Below, piece after piece: positions 13,095-25,747 of a DNA stretch of 64,000 nt; the stretch's first letter is position 1, and each line of letters starts with the position of its first letter. A model generated the notes under the pieces. It was not told the DNA's origin. It searched no databases and saw only the letters and a program-made list of their open reading frames with translations. This stretch comes from Octopus bimaculoides. Taxonomy: Eukaryota. A program made the translations under genes and the position numbers. The stretch covers positions 20,778,679 through 20,842,678 of the forward strand of contig NC_068995.1 of assembly GCF_001194135.2 (NCBI RefSeq). Direction: 5' to 3'.

Positions 13095-13300
13095 GACCTG
13101 AGTTGACCAATGTTTAGCAGCGATTCGTCTGTCCTTACGTTGTCAGTTCTACTTTGTCAGTTGAAATTCCACCGAGGTCGACTCTGCCTTTAATCCTTTC
13201 TGGGTCGATAAGATAAGGACCAGCTGAGGACTGAGGCCGATGCAATTGACTTACCACCTCCCTGAAATTCCTGGCCTTGTGCCAAAATTTGAAACGAATA
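13095..13300 (+). mobile_element. SINE family A, degenerate, with small internal duplication
   Basis: aaattccaccgaggtcgactctgcctt..gggtcgataa..ggccttgtgccaaaatttgaaac. Confidence 0.8.
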
Positions 13301-13387
13301 CAGACACACACTCATATATAAGNNNNNNNNNNNNNNNNNNNNNNNNNNNNNNNNNNNNNNNNNNNNNNNNNNNNNNNNNNNNNNNNN

Positions 13388-13432
<45 letters not shown>

Positions 13433-14542
13433 AGTTCAGGAATGTTTTTCTGTGCAAATGGATTCCCCACTGTTCAAGAGGGACTGTGTGAATTATCCTA
13501 TAAGTGTAAGTTCGAGAATGGGTCAGTATTTGGTAGCAATTAACATTCATTTCAACAAATCAAATAAAAACCCATGAAAATTTTATACCTTTACAATTAT
13601 TACACATTTAAAAACAATGCTTTCGTCAACTTTTGCCGTGATAATTCATAGAAATAAGTATTACAAGTCATTATTAAGTCACCTTCCAATGCAATTTACA
13701 TTGGATTTATTTGTGTAAGGTTATGGCTTGGATTTCACCTCAGTCTGCCTATATCATCTTTACTAAGAATTGTGGGTACTAAAAGGGTTTATAATAGAAA
13801 AGAATTCAGATGTTCAGGTGAGATCACCGAGATGTACTCCATCTCATATTATTTCATTCAAGCGATGACCTATAGATCAAAGCAGACGACATTCTTTTGT
13901 AACAAATCTGTAAAGATATTTGTGTTATATAGCAAAATGTGAAACCGTTTCCGCAAAAAATTGTATATTGTATATGTTTAAATATGTTCTTCATATGTAA
14001 ATGACTGTGCATGCTTTTGTATGTTTGCTCAGGATTAGATATAACTTAAATCACTGTTAGTTGCATATGGAGTTTGACTGCTGAATGTAAAAGATGGCAG
14101 ACTGGACAATAATATTTTAATGAAATCTGAATGGCACGACAAAGTGAGCAAATTTTTTCTCCCATCAGGTGCTGAAAAATAATTACAAGTCTATATTTAA
14201 CGCGCAAGAATACGTTAATAAGATGTTGGCCTCTAATTTAATAAAGATCTGTATTTAGAGAGATTCCAATATTCGTCCGTCTACATATGACAATTGAAAA
14301 AAAATGTACAGAATGGTGAAATGCAACGAAATAACACGTTCAAATAAAAGTTTGTCGCATCTCACTTGCTTAGCGACCTTCGAAATGGGTTACAATTCTG
14401 CTGAAAGTGTTGAGTGTATTTCATATAGAACAAGCATCGCTCGCACCCACGTCAATTAACGCATAACTGATATTCATTACTGCTTAAACATTGTCTAAAT
14501 TCACGCGGGTCTAACATGAATTTAAAAAAACAACGTTATCGT

Positions 14543-14790
14543 GTAGGTACGTGGCTTGGTAGTTAGGATGTTTCACTCACGGTCACGAGATCGTGATTTC
14601 GATTCCGAGATCTCACATTGTTCTGCAATCACTTAGATACCTGATATGTGGCACACCACCCGCCTCTACTAGTAATATCGATTTGATGGGAGGTGGGGTG
14701 TGAGCTAATGTGCAGCACAAACGTTTGATAATTATAAACAAATCATCTCTGGAAGTTGTTGAGCAAGAATTTGCTGAACAGTCTTTTTCA
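14543..14790 (+). mobile_element. tRNA-derived SINE (family C-like head)
   Basis: gtggcttggtagttagg A-box-like and atttcgattcc B-box-like motifs, similar to the 41164 and 57733 heads. Confidence 0.55.
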
Positions 14791-15239
14791 AACTCTGGAG
14801 AGTCATTAATTTTTTTAATCATTTAATTCGTGCTATCTTGAAAAGATTACGTGGATGAAAGTTGACATGTACAGAAAGTAATTCATTGATGTGTCTTAAT
14901 TTTAATTTCTATTCAGCTACAAATATATATTAACAGATATTTCAAGAGCCACATATCCATCAATCTCTATTACATATACTCGTATACATCTCGTATGTTT
15001 GTGTGTGTGTGTGCGTGCTTGTTTGTGTCCTTATGTGTATGTGTGTGTATATATGTGTTTGTGTATATATGTGTGTAGTTTTGTGACTGTATGAGAATCT
15101 AAATGGGATCATGCAGCCGTTAACGAGATGTAAATTTCTGTGATACGGTTCCACGAATAAGAAGACAACAACATTTGAAACTAAACAAAGTGATGCAAAA
15201 GAAAGAATGAAAAAAATCCCCAAGAAACTAGAGTAGTAA

Positions 15240-16080
15240 CCAACAGAACCTCATTGGAAAAATGCTCTCAATATTCTGGTATTCTGCAAGATGACCAGAC
15301 ACGTATATGTTTATGTTTGTATCTACGTATGCATAATCTTGTCTATGAGAAGCATCAATCACTCGCCTATCAAGTCAGATACAACGATTGTTTGCTTATT
15401 GTGCTTCTGAATATGGATAGGCAACCATCGTCAATTCTGGCGTGGGTACGACAGCAATATTTCGGGAGTGCACCCTATAAATGGCAATACTCTCAGCGTT
15501 CAGGCATTGAATTGTAGGATGCTAGGGAAAGAAGAAAAATATGAATGTAGCAGATATGTTTTAGAAAGTAAATTATGATAATCAGATGTTGGATCAGTTT
15601 GTGAATGAAAATTAACCTCAATTGGTAAATCTCCAGAACGATGCGCGTTACATTATCATGAAAAGCATAGAAGATTGCAAAGGCATATAATTCTTCACTG
15701 ATACTTCTGGTGGTCCAAGAAAGACATTCCTTACGAACTTCCTGCTTATATAAGTTTGCCAAAAGCAGGATATTTGGCCTTGTCATGGCTTCAAGTAGCA
15801 TTATAACAATGCAATCTGGATGGTGGAAGAACTACAAACCTTATGAAACTGAAACTGTCAAATTGCAGTACAACTGGCTTGACTGGCATTTTGGGAATGA
15901 AGCAAATTCTACTAGCAAAGTGTCCTGATATTATTGGAACCTTCAGGGCATAATGCAGGATACTTTTGACAGTGAGTCAAACGTCAATGCAAAGATTTCA
16001 CCATAATCATTTCGGGAGCATGGATGGTTATTGAACATGTTGATCTAAATCTGGCACATCCTACTTTTCAAATAAACAAT
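15240..16080 (+). pseudogene. Helitron Rep/Hel relic: PIF1-family helicase N-terminal region with many stops and frameshifts
   Basis: Translates to EASITRLSSQIQRLFA, LDQFVNEN*PQL, FFTDTSGGPRKTFLTNFLL (degenerate Walker A, FFLDAPGGTGKTFL type), MASSSI..LDGGRTT and a frameshifted WDE motif. Confidence 0.75.
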
Positions 16081-16205
16081 TTATATTGAACTGTCTTTTA
16101 CTTCATCGGAATACAACACGACAAAACCAAGAATATTGATTCTTAGGACGCTTTGCGATAGATACGTAAGTCAACAAGACCATTTCGATGAAGTTGCTAT
16201 ATATA

Positions 16206-16390
16206 CAGGGTGTCCACAAAGTCTGGGTACACGGGGATTAACACATAGTTTCATAAATAATTATTTCTTACATTTAATTGTTTATGCAATGATTTCATTT
16301 ACTCCATGTACCCACATGGGGATTAACACATATTTAAGAAATTATTATTTCTTATATTTAATTGTTTATGTTATGATTTTATTTACCAGA
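16206..16390. mobile_element. Tc1/mariner-type MITE remnant with internal tandem duplication
   Basis: TA followed by cagggtgtccacaaagtctgggtaca terminus; partial inverted end ccatgtaccca; ggggattaacacata..atttaattgtttatg repeated twice. Confidence 0.55.
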
Positions 16391-16447
16391 AGTCGCGATA
16401 CACAGATACTGTCTTGTGCTGAGTGGGGATGCTGCAATTCCTTTCTC

Positions 16448-16890
16448 GAAAATATAAGGACACAGATAGTGTACTCTATAGCTAGCTGGAGACGATTTTT
16501 CCTGAGGCTAAATCGCAGGAACATTCGTCCTTGCCAGGAATGCCACGTTATGTTGGCAAATAATCTTTACTCTAGAGTACTTTTACTGAACATCTCTCGC
16601 TGAGAGATTTACGAATAATAATTTTCTCTTTTCTTGGATCAGTAACTATGTGTCATTTTGAAAACTATATATTTCGAACAAGAATTGAGCAGCACCACCT
16701 CTAGCCGAACAGTTATTCTGTGCTGATGAACAGAAATAACCCAAGAAACTAAACTCCCTTGTTCGAAAATATAAGGACCCAGATAGTGTGTCGTATAGCC
16801 ACCTGGAGGCGATATCTCCGAGGGCCAAATAGCAGTAGCATTCGTCCTAACCAAGACTGTCAAGTTATGTTGGCAAATAATCTTTACTCT
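16448..16890 (+). repeat. Two 126-bp ungapped copies of repeat family E (16448-16573, 16765-16890), 317 bp apart, each preceded by an HHR-like remnant
   Basis: gaaaatataaggac..gttatgttggcaaataatctttactct occurs twice; related sequence inverted at 7410-7530; ctgatga..gaaac at 16723-16749. Confidence 0.75.
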
Positions 16891-16893
16891 CTG

Positions 16894-16924
<31 letters not shown>

Positions 16925-17481
16925 GTCTCTGTCTCTCTCTCTCCCTTTCTCTCTCTGTATATATATATATATATATATNNNNNNNNNNNNNNNNNNNNNN
17001 NNNNNNNNNNNNNNNNNNNNNNNNNNNNNNNNNNNNNNNNNNNNNNNNNNNNNNNNNNNNNNNNNNNNNNNNNNNNNNNNNNNNNNNNNNNNNNNNNNNN
17101 NNNNNNNNNNNNNNNNNNNNNNNNNNNNNNNNNNNNNNNNNNNNNNNNNNNNNNNNNNNNNNNNNNNNNNNNNNNNNNNNNNNNNNNNNNNNNNNNNNNN
17201 NNNNNNNNNNNNNNNNNNNNNNNNNNNNNNNNNNNNNNNNNNNNNNNNNNNNNNNNNNNNNNNNNNNTATATATATATATTATATGTATTTATTTTCTCT
17301 AAGTTAATAATTAACTCCGACAAAATAAATTGGTTAATAGATACCCGGGTAGCAAAAATCACAAAATGACTGTGGTGTAACTCCTGTTTATGAGGTAGAA
17401 ACTCCTTGTTATTTTGGGTAATTGAGTAAATATACAAATTTAGTAAATGGAGTAAAACGCATATGTTAAATGAATTCTTTT

Positions 17482-17571
17482 ATTTCCAACATATGTTTCA
17501 AAGATTACAAATGGTTTCTTCCAAAAGAATAGGTGATGTTGATAAGGATCTAATCTTCTCTTCAGGGAAAT
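17482..17571 (-). ncRNA. Type-I hammerhead ribozyme (left arm)
   Basis: Mirror image of 17712-17801 with all core nucleotides present. Confidence 0.8.
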
Positions 17572-17711
17572 ACATAGGAACCAGCTTAACCGTAAAATAT
17601 TTTAACCGAATGTAATAACTGTAGGTAGAGAAGATTGCTACGTAACAATTTTCTCTACCTACAGTTATTACATTCGGTTAAAATGTCGTACGGTTAAGCT
17701 GGTTCCTATGT

Positions 17712-17801
17712 ATTTCCCTGAAGAGAAGATTAGATCCTTATCAACATCACCTATTCTTTTGGAAGGAACCATTTGTAATCTTTGAAACATATGTTGGAAA
17801 T
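17712..17801 (+). ncRNA. Type-I hammerhead ribozyme (right arm)
   Basis: AUUUCC CUGAAGA GAAGAUUA..UAAUCUUU GAAA CAUAUG UU GGAAAU: 6-bp helix I, 8-bp helix II (G-U first pair), palindromic ACAUAUGU helix III, GUU triplet, AATAAA overlapping the 3' end. Confidence 0.8.
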
Positions 17802-17850
17802 AAAAGAATTCATTTAACATATGCGTTTTACTCCATTTACTAAATTTGTG

Positions 17851-17898
<48 letters not shown>

Positions 17899-17941
17899 TG
17901 TGTGTTTGTATATGTGTGTACGTGTGTGGTGTGTGTATGTA

Positions 17942-17979
<38 letters not shown>

Positions 17980-18684
17980 TGTGTGTGTTGCATAAACAGG
18001 CAAGCACTCATTCAGAATGTTAAGTTTCTGTTAGTGTAAATAACGACAAATATATACACAGCATCACAGAAGTGAAAATTGTAAAGGGTAGAAGAGTTAA
18101 AATGATTTGCTACTGCGACTAAGAAGACAGTAACAATCCATGAATACAAGTGCAAATGCGTGTTTTTTTTTACAATTAGGCACAATTAATTGAATAATTG
18201 TAGCAAAATGATTGAAAGTAAAGAGGTTAAATAAATCTGACATTGTGAACGCTAGTCTAGTTTTATTTTATTTTCTATATATTGCGAATTAGGATGAGAT
18301 TTATTTGTTAGATTATCCTTGTGTTTTTATGCAACAAAATAGAATTGCCAGCGAAAGATTTGTAAAACTGGGAGAATGAAAAAAGAACCATATACTTATT
18401 GACGAGGATAAGAAAGACTGATAGAATCATGCGCAAGTTAGAACCGAACCACAGAAAAGCAAAATGACGTCTCACAAAAACACGGAATAAGAAACCTTAA
18501 TGAAATTCGAGACGGCAGGTGGGTAATATGTTGAAATTGGACAACCGGATGTAGTGGAAGTTCAATTAGTCTGTTTGTATGTATGTATGTTCGTACATAC
18601 GTATATACACATACACAAACAAGTATATATTGGTAATGCGCCAATAGATAATCAAAATTGCCGCTCATATATATGCATGTATAC

Positions 18685-18730
<46 letters not shown>

Positions 18731-18871
18731 NNNNNNNNNNNNNNNNNNNNNNNNNNNNNNNNNNNNNNNNNNNNNNNNNNNNNNNNNNNNNTGCATATGT
18801 AAGTCTACATATGACTGTATTGGAGAGAGAGGGGAAAAGAAGAGAGAGGGAGAAGAAGAGAGAGGGAGAAT

Positions 18872-18902
<31 letters not shown>

Positions 18903-18964
18903 GAGGGGGGATCGAAATCCTTCCTGACTCATAGAGCCTCATAAGGCCGGGTTCCCGGAGCATA

Positions 18965-19124
18965 TATTTCGCAGGATTATTCAATTTTGCCAACTAAGTA
19001 GATTGGAGTAACGCGAAATGAATCGTTTTGCTCAAGAATACAGCGCAGCACCTAGTCCAGAAATCGAAACCACAATCTTACGATTATGAGTCCAACGCCA
19101 TAACTACTAAACCATGCACTTCCA
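18965..19124 (-). mobile_element. SINE family C, 5' part
   Basis: Reverse complement reads ggaagtgcatggtttagtagtt..ggactcataatcgtaagattgtggtttcgatttctggac..ttcttgagcaaaac. Confidence 0.7.
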
Positions 19125-19924
19125 CATGTATAGAACGTAATATTCAAGCCAGTTGTTGCTGTTGAAATTTTTAGCACCATGCTCAGTTCTGTATGATCTC
19201 ATGTAAAAACATCACAATTAAGAATATTCCGTTTATATTTATATGCAAGAAGAACTGCATTATTTTGAGAAGGCTTACCTTATTTAGTACGGTGACGATA
19301 TGTGATTTTCGGGAGGCTGGAGTACTATTTCTTCCAGGTTGAGTGAGCGCAAAGATGCTTCTTGTTTGCTTTAGAGATGGGTATTGGAATACAATACTTA
19401 GGGGGCAATACGCATCTTAATTACACTATGAACAATGAATATATTAACTACAGTTGCAACATAGGTGAGGGGTATGGCATTCATCTTAATTACCGATAAA
19501 TGATTTATATTCATCGGCACAATTTAATGTCAAAGAAATATAGGATTGGTGCATATGACATTCATGATTTTCCCATTGTCATTACAATTGGAAGGCAAGA
19601 TTCGTTCAATACGTCCAAACGAATATTGACATAAATTTATACATCTATATGTTCATGTGCATTTGGATATGTGTGAGCACATGTGTGAGTGTTTCTGTAA
19701 GTATGTGTGTAGCTGCTAGTATGTGCATATTTGTTCTGGTGGCGGCGTCTGTATACACAGTCGTTAATGTACGAGAAAGAGGTTTGCTTCCCAACAACAT
19801 AGCACCTCAAGGTGACCAATAAGTTATGAGTGCAATGTCGTGGCCAGATGTTCACACACACACACGCACACACACACACGCACACACACACACGCACACA
19901 CACACACGCACACACACATATATG

Positions 19925-19961
<37 letters not shown>

Positions 19962-20388
19962 ATACATATATATATNNNNNNNNNNNNNNNNNNNNNNNNN
20001 NNNNNNNNNNNNNNNNNNNNNNNNNNNNNNNNNNNNNNNNNNNNNNNNNNNNNNNNNNNNNNNNNNNNNNNNNNNNNNNNNNNNNNNNNNNNNNNNNNNN
20101 NNNNNNNNNNNNNNNNNNNNNNNNNNNNNNNNNNNNNNNNNNNNNNNNNNNNNNNNNNNNNNNNNNNNNNNNNNNNNNNNNNNNNNNNNNNNNNNNNNNN
20201 NNNNNNNNNNNNNNNNNNNNNNNNNNNNNNNNNNNNNNNNNNNNNNNNNNNNNNNNNNNNNNNNNNNNNNNNNNNNNNNNNNNNNNNNNNNNNNNNNNNN
20301 NNNNNNNNNNNNNNNNNNNNNNNNNNNNNNNNNNNNNNNNNNNNNNNNNNNNNNNNNNNNNNNNNNNNNNNNNNNNNNNNNNNNNNNN

Positions 20389-20438
<50 letters not shown>

Positions 20439-21870
20439 TTATATATGTATATATAAGCACATACACACACACACATATATATGTATATATTTACATACTT
20501 AAACATCTCTCTCTCACTCTGTACTTATAAATATATATTTATATATGTGCATATATACATGTATATATGTATGTATAATATGTATGTGTGTGTTTATGTG
20601 CATTTGAGTGTATTTTATATCTACCGAAATATACCTATTTTTAAAGGTCAAATGTGCCTTTGGAAACTCCACAGGCGTTATTAAATATGATCCCATTAGC
20701 ACGGCGTGTATTTACCAAGTAATGCAGCAACAACGGAAAGGTTAACACATTATTGTTTCCAGAACACTCGCGTGTGAAATGTCAGAAAATTACCAGAGCT
20801 AAGTAATGGAAAAATAATTCGATTTATTCAGTTAATATCGCTGTAATCATTATTGTATTTCACTGGCTTCATTGCATCCTTGCACAGATTGATGAGAGCC
20901 GAGATAATTCAATACTTTCTATGATTAATGATTTTATTTTATTTTATTTTGCTATTTTTGTATTTTTAATTTATAAAATAGCCACAAGAACTGAAGTAAT
21001 TTTGCAGAATAGATGATGAGTTAAGAGTCTTGCCAAAGGCAAGCAACAGAATGCTCTCGGTGGTTGTGCGAATTTACGTGTTTTGAATTTTCCGTTCAGT
21101 ATATCATTTATTAGAAAATCACAGCTGGCTAAGTCGATAAAATTATTGAATTACTAGCCAAAGGGTATATGGTTCGTACCCTGTCACCTACACTGCATCG
21201 TTTATGGGACTTAACTCTTTACAGTCAATATTTGCTTAAATCTATGTAGTTCAAATAATGATTATATGTCACAGAAATGGCATCGTAAATTTGACGAAGC
21301 TTCATAAATCTTTTGCTTTCAGTTCACTTTATTGTGTTTGCGAATGTTTATAAGTAAAATTAACCTCTATATCCACCCGTTCAACCCATCCATCATCTCA
21401 CATTATTGCTATATTCACTTACCATTTCACCACCGCCTGTTGTTGCCCATTCTACTGACTCACTCGCAAATATATACCCGTACTCACATTTTATAACTGC
21501 CTTCCTCTCTGTTTCCATTTCCCTGCACGAACAGCCGATCTTTACACATCTCTAGACTTCAGTCACTTCAACTAGAGGCTACAAAATATTACTCTCTTCT
21601 GTAAATATTTATTGACCATGTCGCTTTAATAACATCCGTATAACTTTGTTTCTCAATTTCCTCCACCTTTTTATAAACAACATTGTCCGAAACATAGAAA
21701 TCATTTTGTTCAACCTCACGGTTGAATAACTGCATTTGGTGTTGCTTTATTCTATTAAAATTTAGTTCTCTTGGATTGCCCTTCTCAACGCAGACACACA
21801 GCTAGATTACTCTTAATGCAGCTTGATCTCTACAAACTTGAGTACAACTACACAGACACACATCTACATA

Positions 21871-21993
21871 GGTGCAGGTGTGACGGTGTTGTAAGAAGTT
21901 TGTTTCCAACCTACATGGTTCCGGATTCAGTCTCACTATGTGAAACTCTGCTGAATGTCTTCAATTTGGTAGACAGAAACTGAAAGAAGCCCT
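21871..21993 (+). mobile_element. SINE family B head with internal deletion, followed by (TG)n
   Basis: ggtgcaggtgtg..catggttccggattcagtc..tttggtagacagaaactgaaagaagccc. Confidence 0.75.
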
Positions 21994-22002
21994 TGTGTGT
22001 GA

Positions 22003-22099
<97 letters not shown>

Positions 22100-22131
22100 T
22101 ACGCGCGTGCGTGTCTGTGTCACTGTTTATA

Positions 22132-22333
22132 CGAGGGGGCTGAAAAGTTCTTGTTTTTAAGGCTTTCGTGAAAGGCCTGGTTGGAGACCCCCCTTCCAAG
22201 TTCTTTTACAGGTCTTAGAAAAACCTGCTGCAATGTGTGTGTGTATCTGAGAGTTGAATATGTTGAATAGAATTATAATTAACTGATCCTCCTGTATTTT
22301 TATCCAAAGCCAGGAACTTTTCAGCGCTCCACG
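22132..22333. mobile_element. Mariner-derived MITE with TA target duplication
   Basis: TA|cgagggggctgaaaagttc ... ggaacttttcagcgctccacg|TA; interior contains gagttgaatatgttgaatag resembling a transposase C-terminus (..EYVE*). Confidence 0.8.
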
Positions 22334-22344
22334 TATTTTAGCTT

Positions 22345-22735
22345 TTAGCGTTAATTTGCTGCAGTCATTAGACTACGGCGATGCTGGAGTAGTACCTTGA
22401 AGAATTTTTAGTCGAGTGAATCGACCCCAGTACTTATTATTTTAAGGCCTGGTACATATAGTATAATTTTTTTTTTCTGTCGAAAACTGAGTTACGGGAA
22501 CGTAAACATACCAGTCGCGGTTGTTAAGCGGTGGTGGAGTACAAATAGAGACACATACACACAAACGCGCGCACATACACACACGAGTGGCTTCTTTTAA
22601 TTTCCAGCTATCATATCTGCTCATGAGGCTTCTGTCGGCCCGACCCAAAAAAGGAATGCAGTTATTCAAGGTTCCACGCAGTGTGACTGAATCCGGGACC
22701 ATGTGAATGGGAAGTAAACTTTTTTTTATCACATG
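22345..22735 (-). mobile_element. SINE family B, full-length, degenerate
   Basis: Colinear with 40477-40906. Confidence 0.75.
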
Positions 22736-23414
22736 TGTGTGTGTGTGTGTGTGTGTGAGAGAGCGTGTGTGTGTCATCCGTATGAAGTGCCCAAGGACCC
22801 TCTAGGCTGACCTTTATAGGCAGCTGGAATATGAAATCACAGAGGACATAAAAACTCCATTATAATGGTACCTCAATAACGCGAGTGGCTTGATGGTGAC
22901 TGCGCGCGAGGCCACTGTAATTGAGTGGAAGAAGCAGGGGTGGGTCGTGAAGTTAAGAATAAAAGGTATAGATAGTAAAATACGAAGAAAAGTTTTTAAA
23001 AAGCGTGAGCAAGGTGCTGTGTGCGTGCAATGCGAACAGCGGAGTGTAATATTTGGCGCGCAGTCCTGCCAATGTGCAAGACGTTACCGAGGAAAATTCT
23101 TCGTTATGTTAACGAAAAAAAAATTCTATTATCAAATTATACTGGGTTACGTGTAACAACTTAAAAAAATCTTTATACGTGCATATATACATATGTAAAG
23201 ACAGACAAACAGGCAGACAACTAGTGAAATACGTAGCGATAAAGAGATGACGAGGGATATAGACATACAGATAAACATACATACATATTTATGTATATAT
23301 GTGTATATATATGTATGTATACACACACACATACACACACACACACATATATATATATATACATATATGTATGTGTGTGTGACTGTGTGTATACATATAT
23401 ATGCACACACACAC

Positions 23415-23510
<96 letters not shown>

Positions 23511-23676
23511 TTGTATGTACATATGCACAAGCATATACGTACCTGCACATATATTTATACATACATGCATACATACACAGTAACTAATGTGTGCATGCGA
23601 CTGTGTGTGTCTTCTGTCAATTCATAACGACGAATTTATATCAACGTCGTTTGTTGTTCACGAATTGCAATATAGA

Positions 23677-23735
<59 letters not shown>

Positions 23736-24625
23736 CATATATATACGCACACAAATATATATGTATATGTATGTATATATATGTATGTGTATGTATGTGT
23801 ATGTGTATGTATGTATTATATGTGTATGTATAGCAACGTGCACACAAGCATGCAAACACTTACGTAGTCAGACGACATATTCAGATCTATTGCAATTGCT
23901 ACCGAGTTTATAGTAAAAGAGTGTAATGTGCACATATCATCGCAGTTATTGCAAGTTCGGCAGCAATGGCTGTGCACATTCGGCTGCGGGGTTGCAACAA
24001 AGCAATCACTTTATCTGAGAAATTATTCCTTTATCCTCTTTCTCTCTTCCTCTCTCTATCTACCTTGCCCTCTTTTCCTTTCACCCTCGCTTCCCCCCTC
24101 ACACATTCTCTCTCTCTCTTTCTGAATATCACCTGCTGTCATATCTTTGCACCAAGATACCATTGTTGCTCATACATGTCCTACTAACCTCAATAGGATA
24201 TAACCGCTCTCTCTCTCTTCTTTATTCTTCTATTACGCCGTGAGTGCAGCAGAGAGAAGCAGAGGAGATGAGGATCGAAGGTAGGAACGAGAGTGGGGTT
24301 GAAAGGAAAGAGAAGTTAGTCGTTTATGAAGGGAAAAAAAGAAGTAGTATGCCGGGGAGATTTAAAAAGCACAAATAGATGAAGTAAAAAATGGCTGCCG
24401 GAATTATGATGGCTTCTTAATAGCTGATAATATCAAATGACACACAGCTCAGCTCATATTGATAGCTGAGGTCCTATGTATGAGTAAGTGCAGGCATAGC
24501 GTCTAAGTAGCTTTAAGGATATGTATTTTCAGTGTGTGTTTGTATGTGTTTATTTGTCGTTTGTTACGTGTGTTTGAGAGGTGTGTGTGTCTGTGGAACT
24601 GTGATACGTTCATGTGTGTGTTTGT

Positions 24626-24715
<90 letters not shown>

Positions 24716-24849
24716 TATGTGTTTGCAGATTGTAGGATGGCGATCTGTATGTTCCCTTCTTATTGATTGATTTTTTTTCCTGATTAGGGGAATTTCTTGG
24801 AGGGCAAAAAAGAGACAATCGATATCTAAAAGATTGAGTGAAGGGTTTG

Positions 24850-25180
24850 TGACTATCGAGAGTGTCTTGATGTTGTTATTGTTGTCGTCATCGTTGCAGT
24901 GGTTTGCTTTTCTTTGTTTCCCTTGTAAATGTGCTTGTTGCTGCGCATTCTATTTTTGTTCATGTTGTTGTTGTTGTTGTTGTTGTAGTTGATGATTATT
25001 GCTGTTGATTGTTGTCGTTATGGTCGGCGAATCTACTGACGTTGCAGCAGCAGCAGTTACGGCAGCAGCAGTTACAGCAGCAGCAGTTACGGCAGCAGGA
25101 GTTACAGCAGCAACAGCAGCAGCAGCAGCAGCAGCGACAACATCAGCCGCAGTAGTAGTAGTAGTAGTAGTAGTTACCGT
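24850..25180. repeat. Trinucleotide mosaic (GTT/GCA/GTA) including a 15-bp gcagcagcagttacR repeat
   Basis: Direct reading. Confidence 0.85.
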
Positions 25181-25747
25181 TCAGCTTCTGATTAGTTCAG
25201 ACGGACCTTATATCTAATGATTGAAAATATTCCAGTCGTGTTTGTCACGTCTTTTTCTTTTGTTTTAGTCAGTGTATGCGGTATTACATCGCAAAATGAT
25301 GTCCCTTCACTCTTAAACCGGTAGGAACGTAATTCGCAGGAGATTTGGCTGCTATTTCTACTATGTATGGGACCATATAGAGCCATCTTCCGTGATTCTT
25401 CATAGTTATTCTTTATCATTACTATTGCTGGTATTATTACTGTTGTTACTGATGCTTCTTCTTGCTTTAGGTGAATCTTTATCGTGTAGACATATAAGTC
25501 TGCCTGCCACGACCATCCTGCCTTTTTCTTTTATATATTTAGGACTACATAGTTCAACATGTTCTTTTATGTTACAGTGGGAGTAGATTAGAAGACTGTA
25601 TGGCTGCTACTTTTAGCGAGTCAAACAACCACGGACAGACTTCCTACTTGTAGATTTATGATAATATTGGTCTTACAGATATTGCTTCTGCGGTCAAATT
25701 TATTGTAATTGGAACTGGTTATAACGGTACCAGTGGCAATAGTAATA

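Larger units (their letters stand above)
17434..17849. mobile_element. 416-bp spacer-less palindrome: head-to-head pair of Penelope-like pLTR/retrozyme units
   Basis: 208-bp arms with 6 mismatches counted by hand; centre between 17641 and 17642; each arm holds an HHR. Confidence 0.85.

Noticed and set aside
16136-16890. Apparent duplicated protein domain (ENIRTQIV..VMLANNLYS) in two ORFs
   Set aside because: Substitutions are mostly non-synonymous, and a third related copy at 7410-7530 shows it is a dispersed non-coding repeat.
17434-17849. Palindrome as a library or assembly fold-back artefact
   Set aside because: The arms differ at 6 positions, a homologous solo unit exists at 51615-51785, and a second palindrome has the same geometry. 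An artefact is not fully excluded without long reads.
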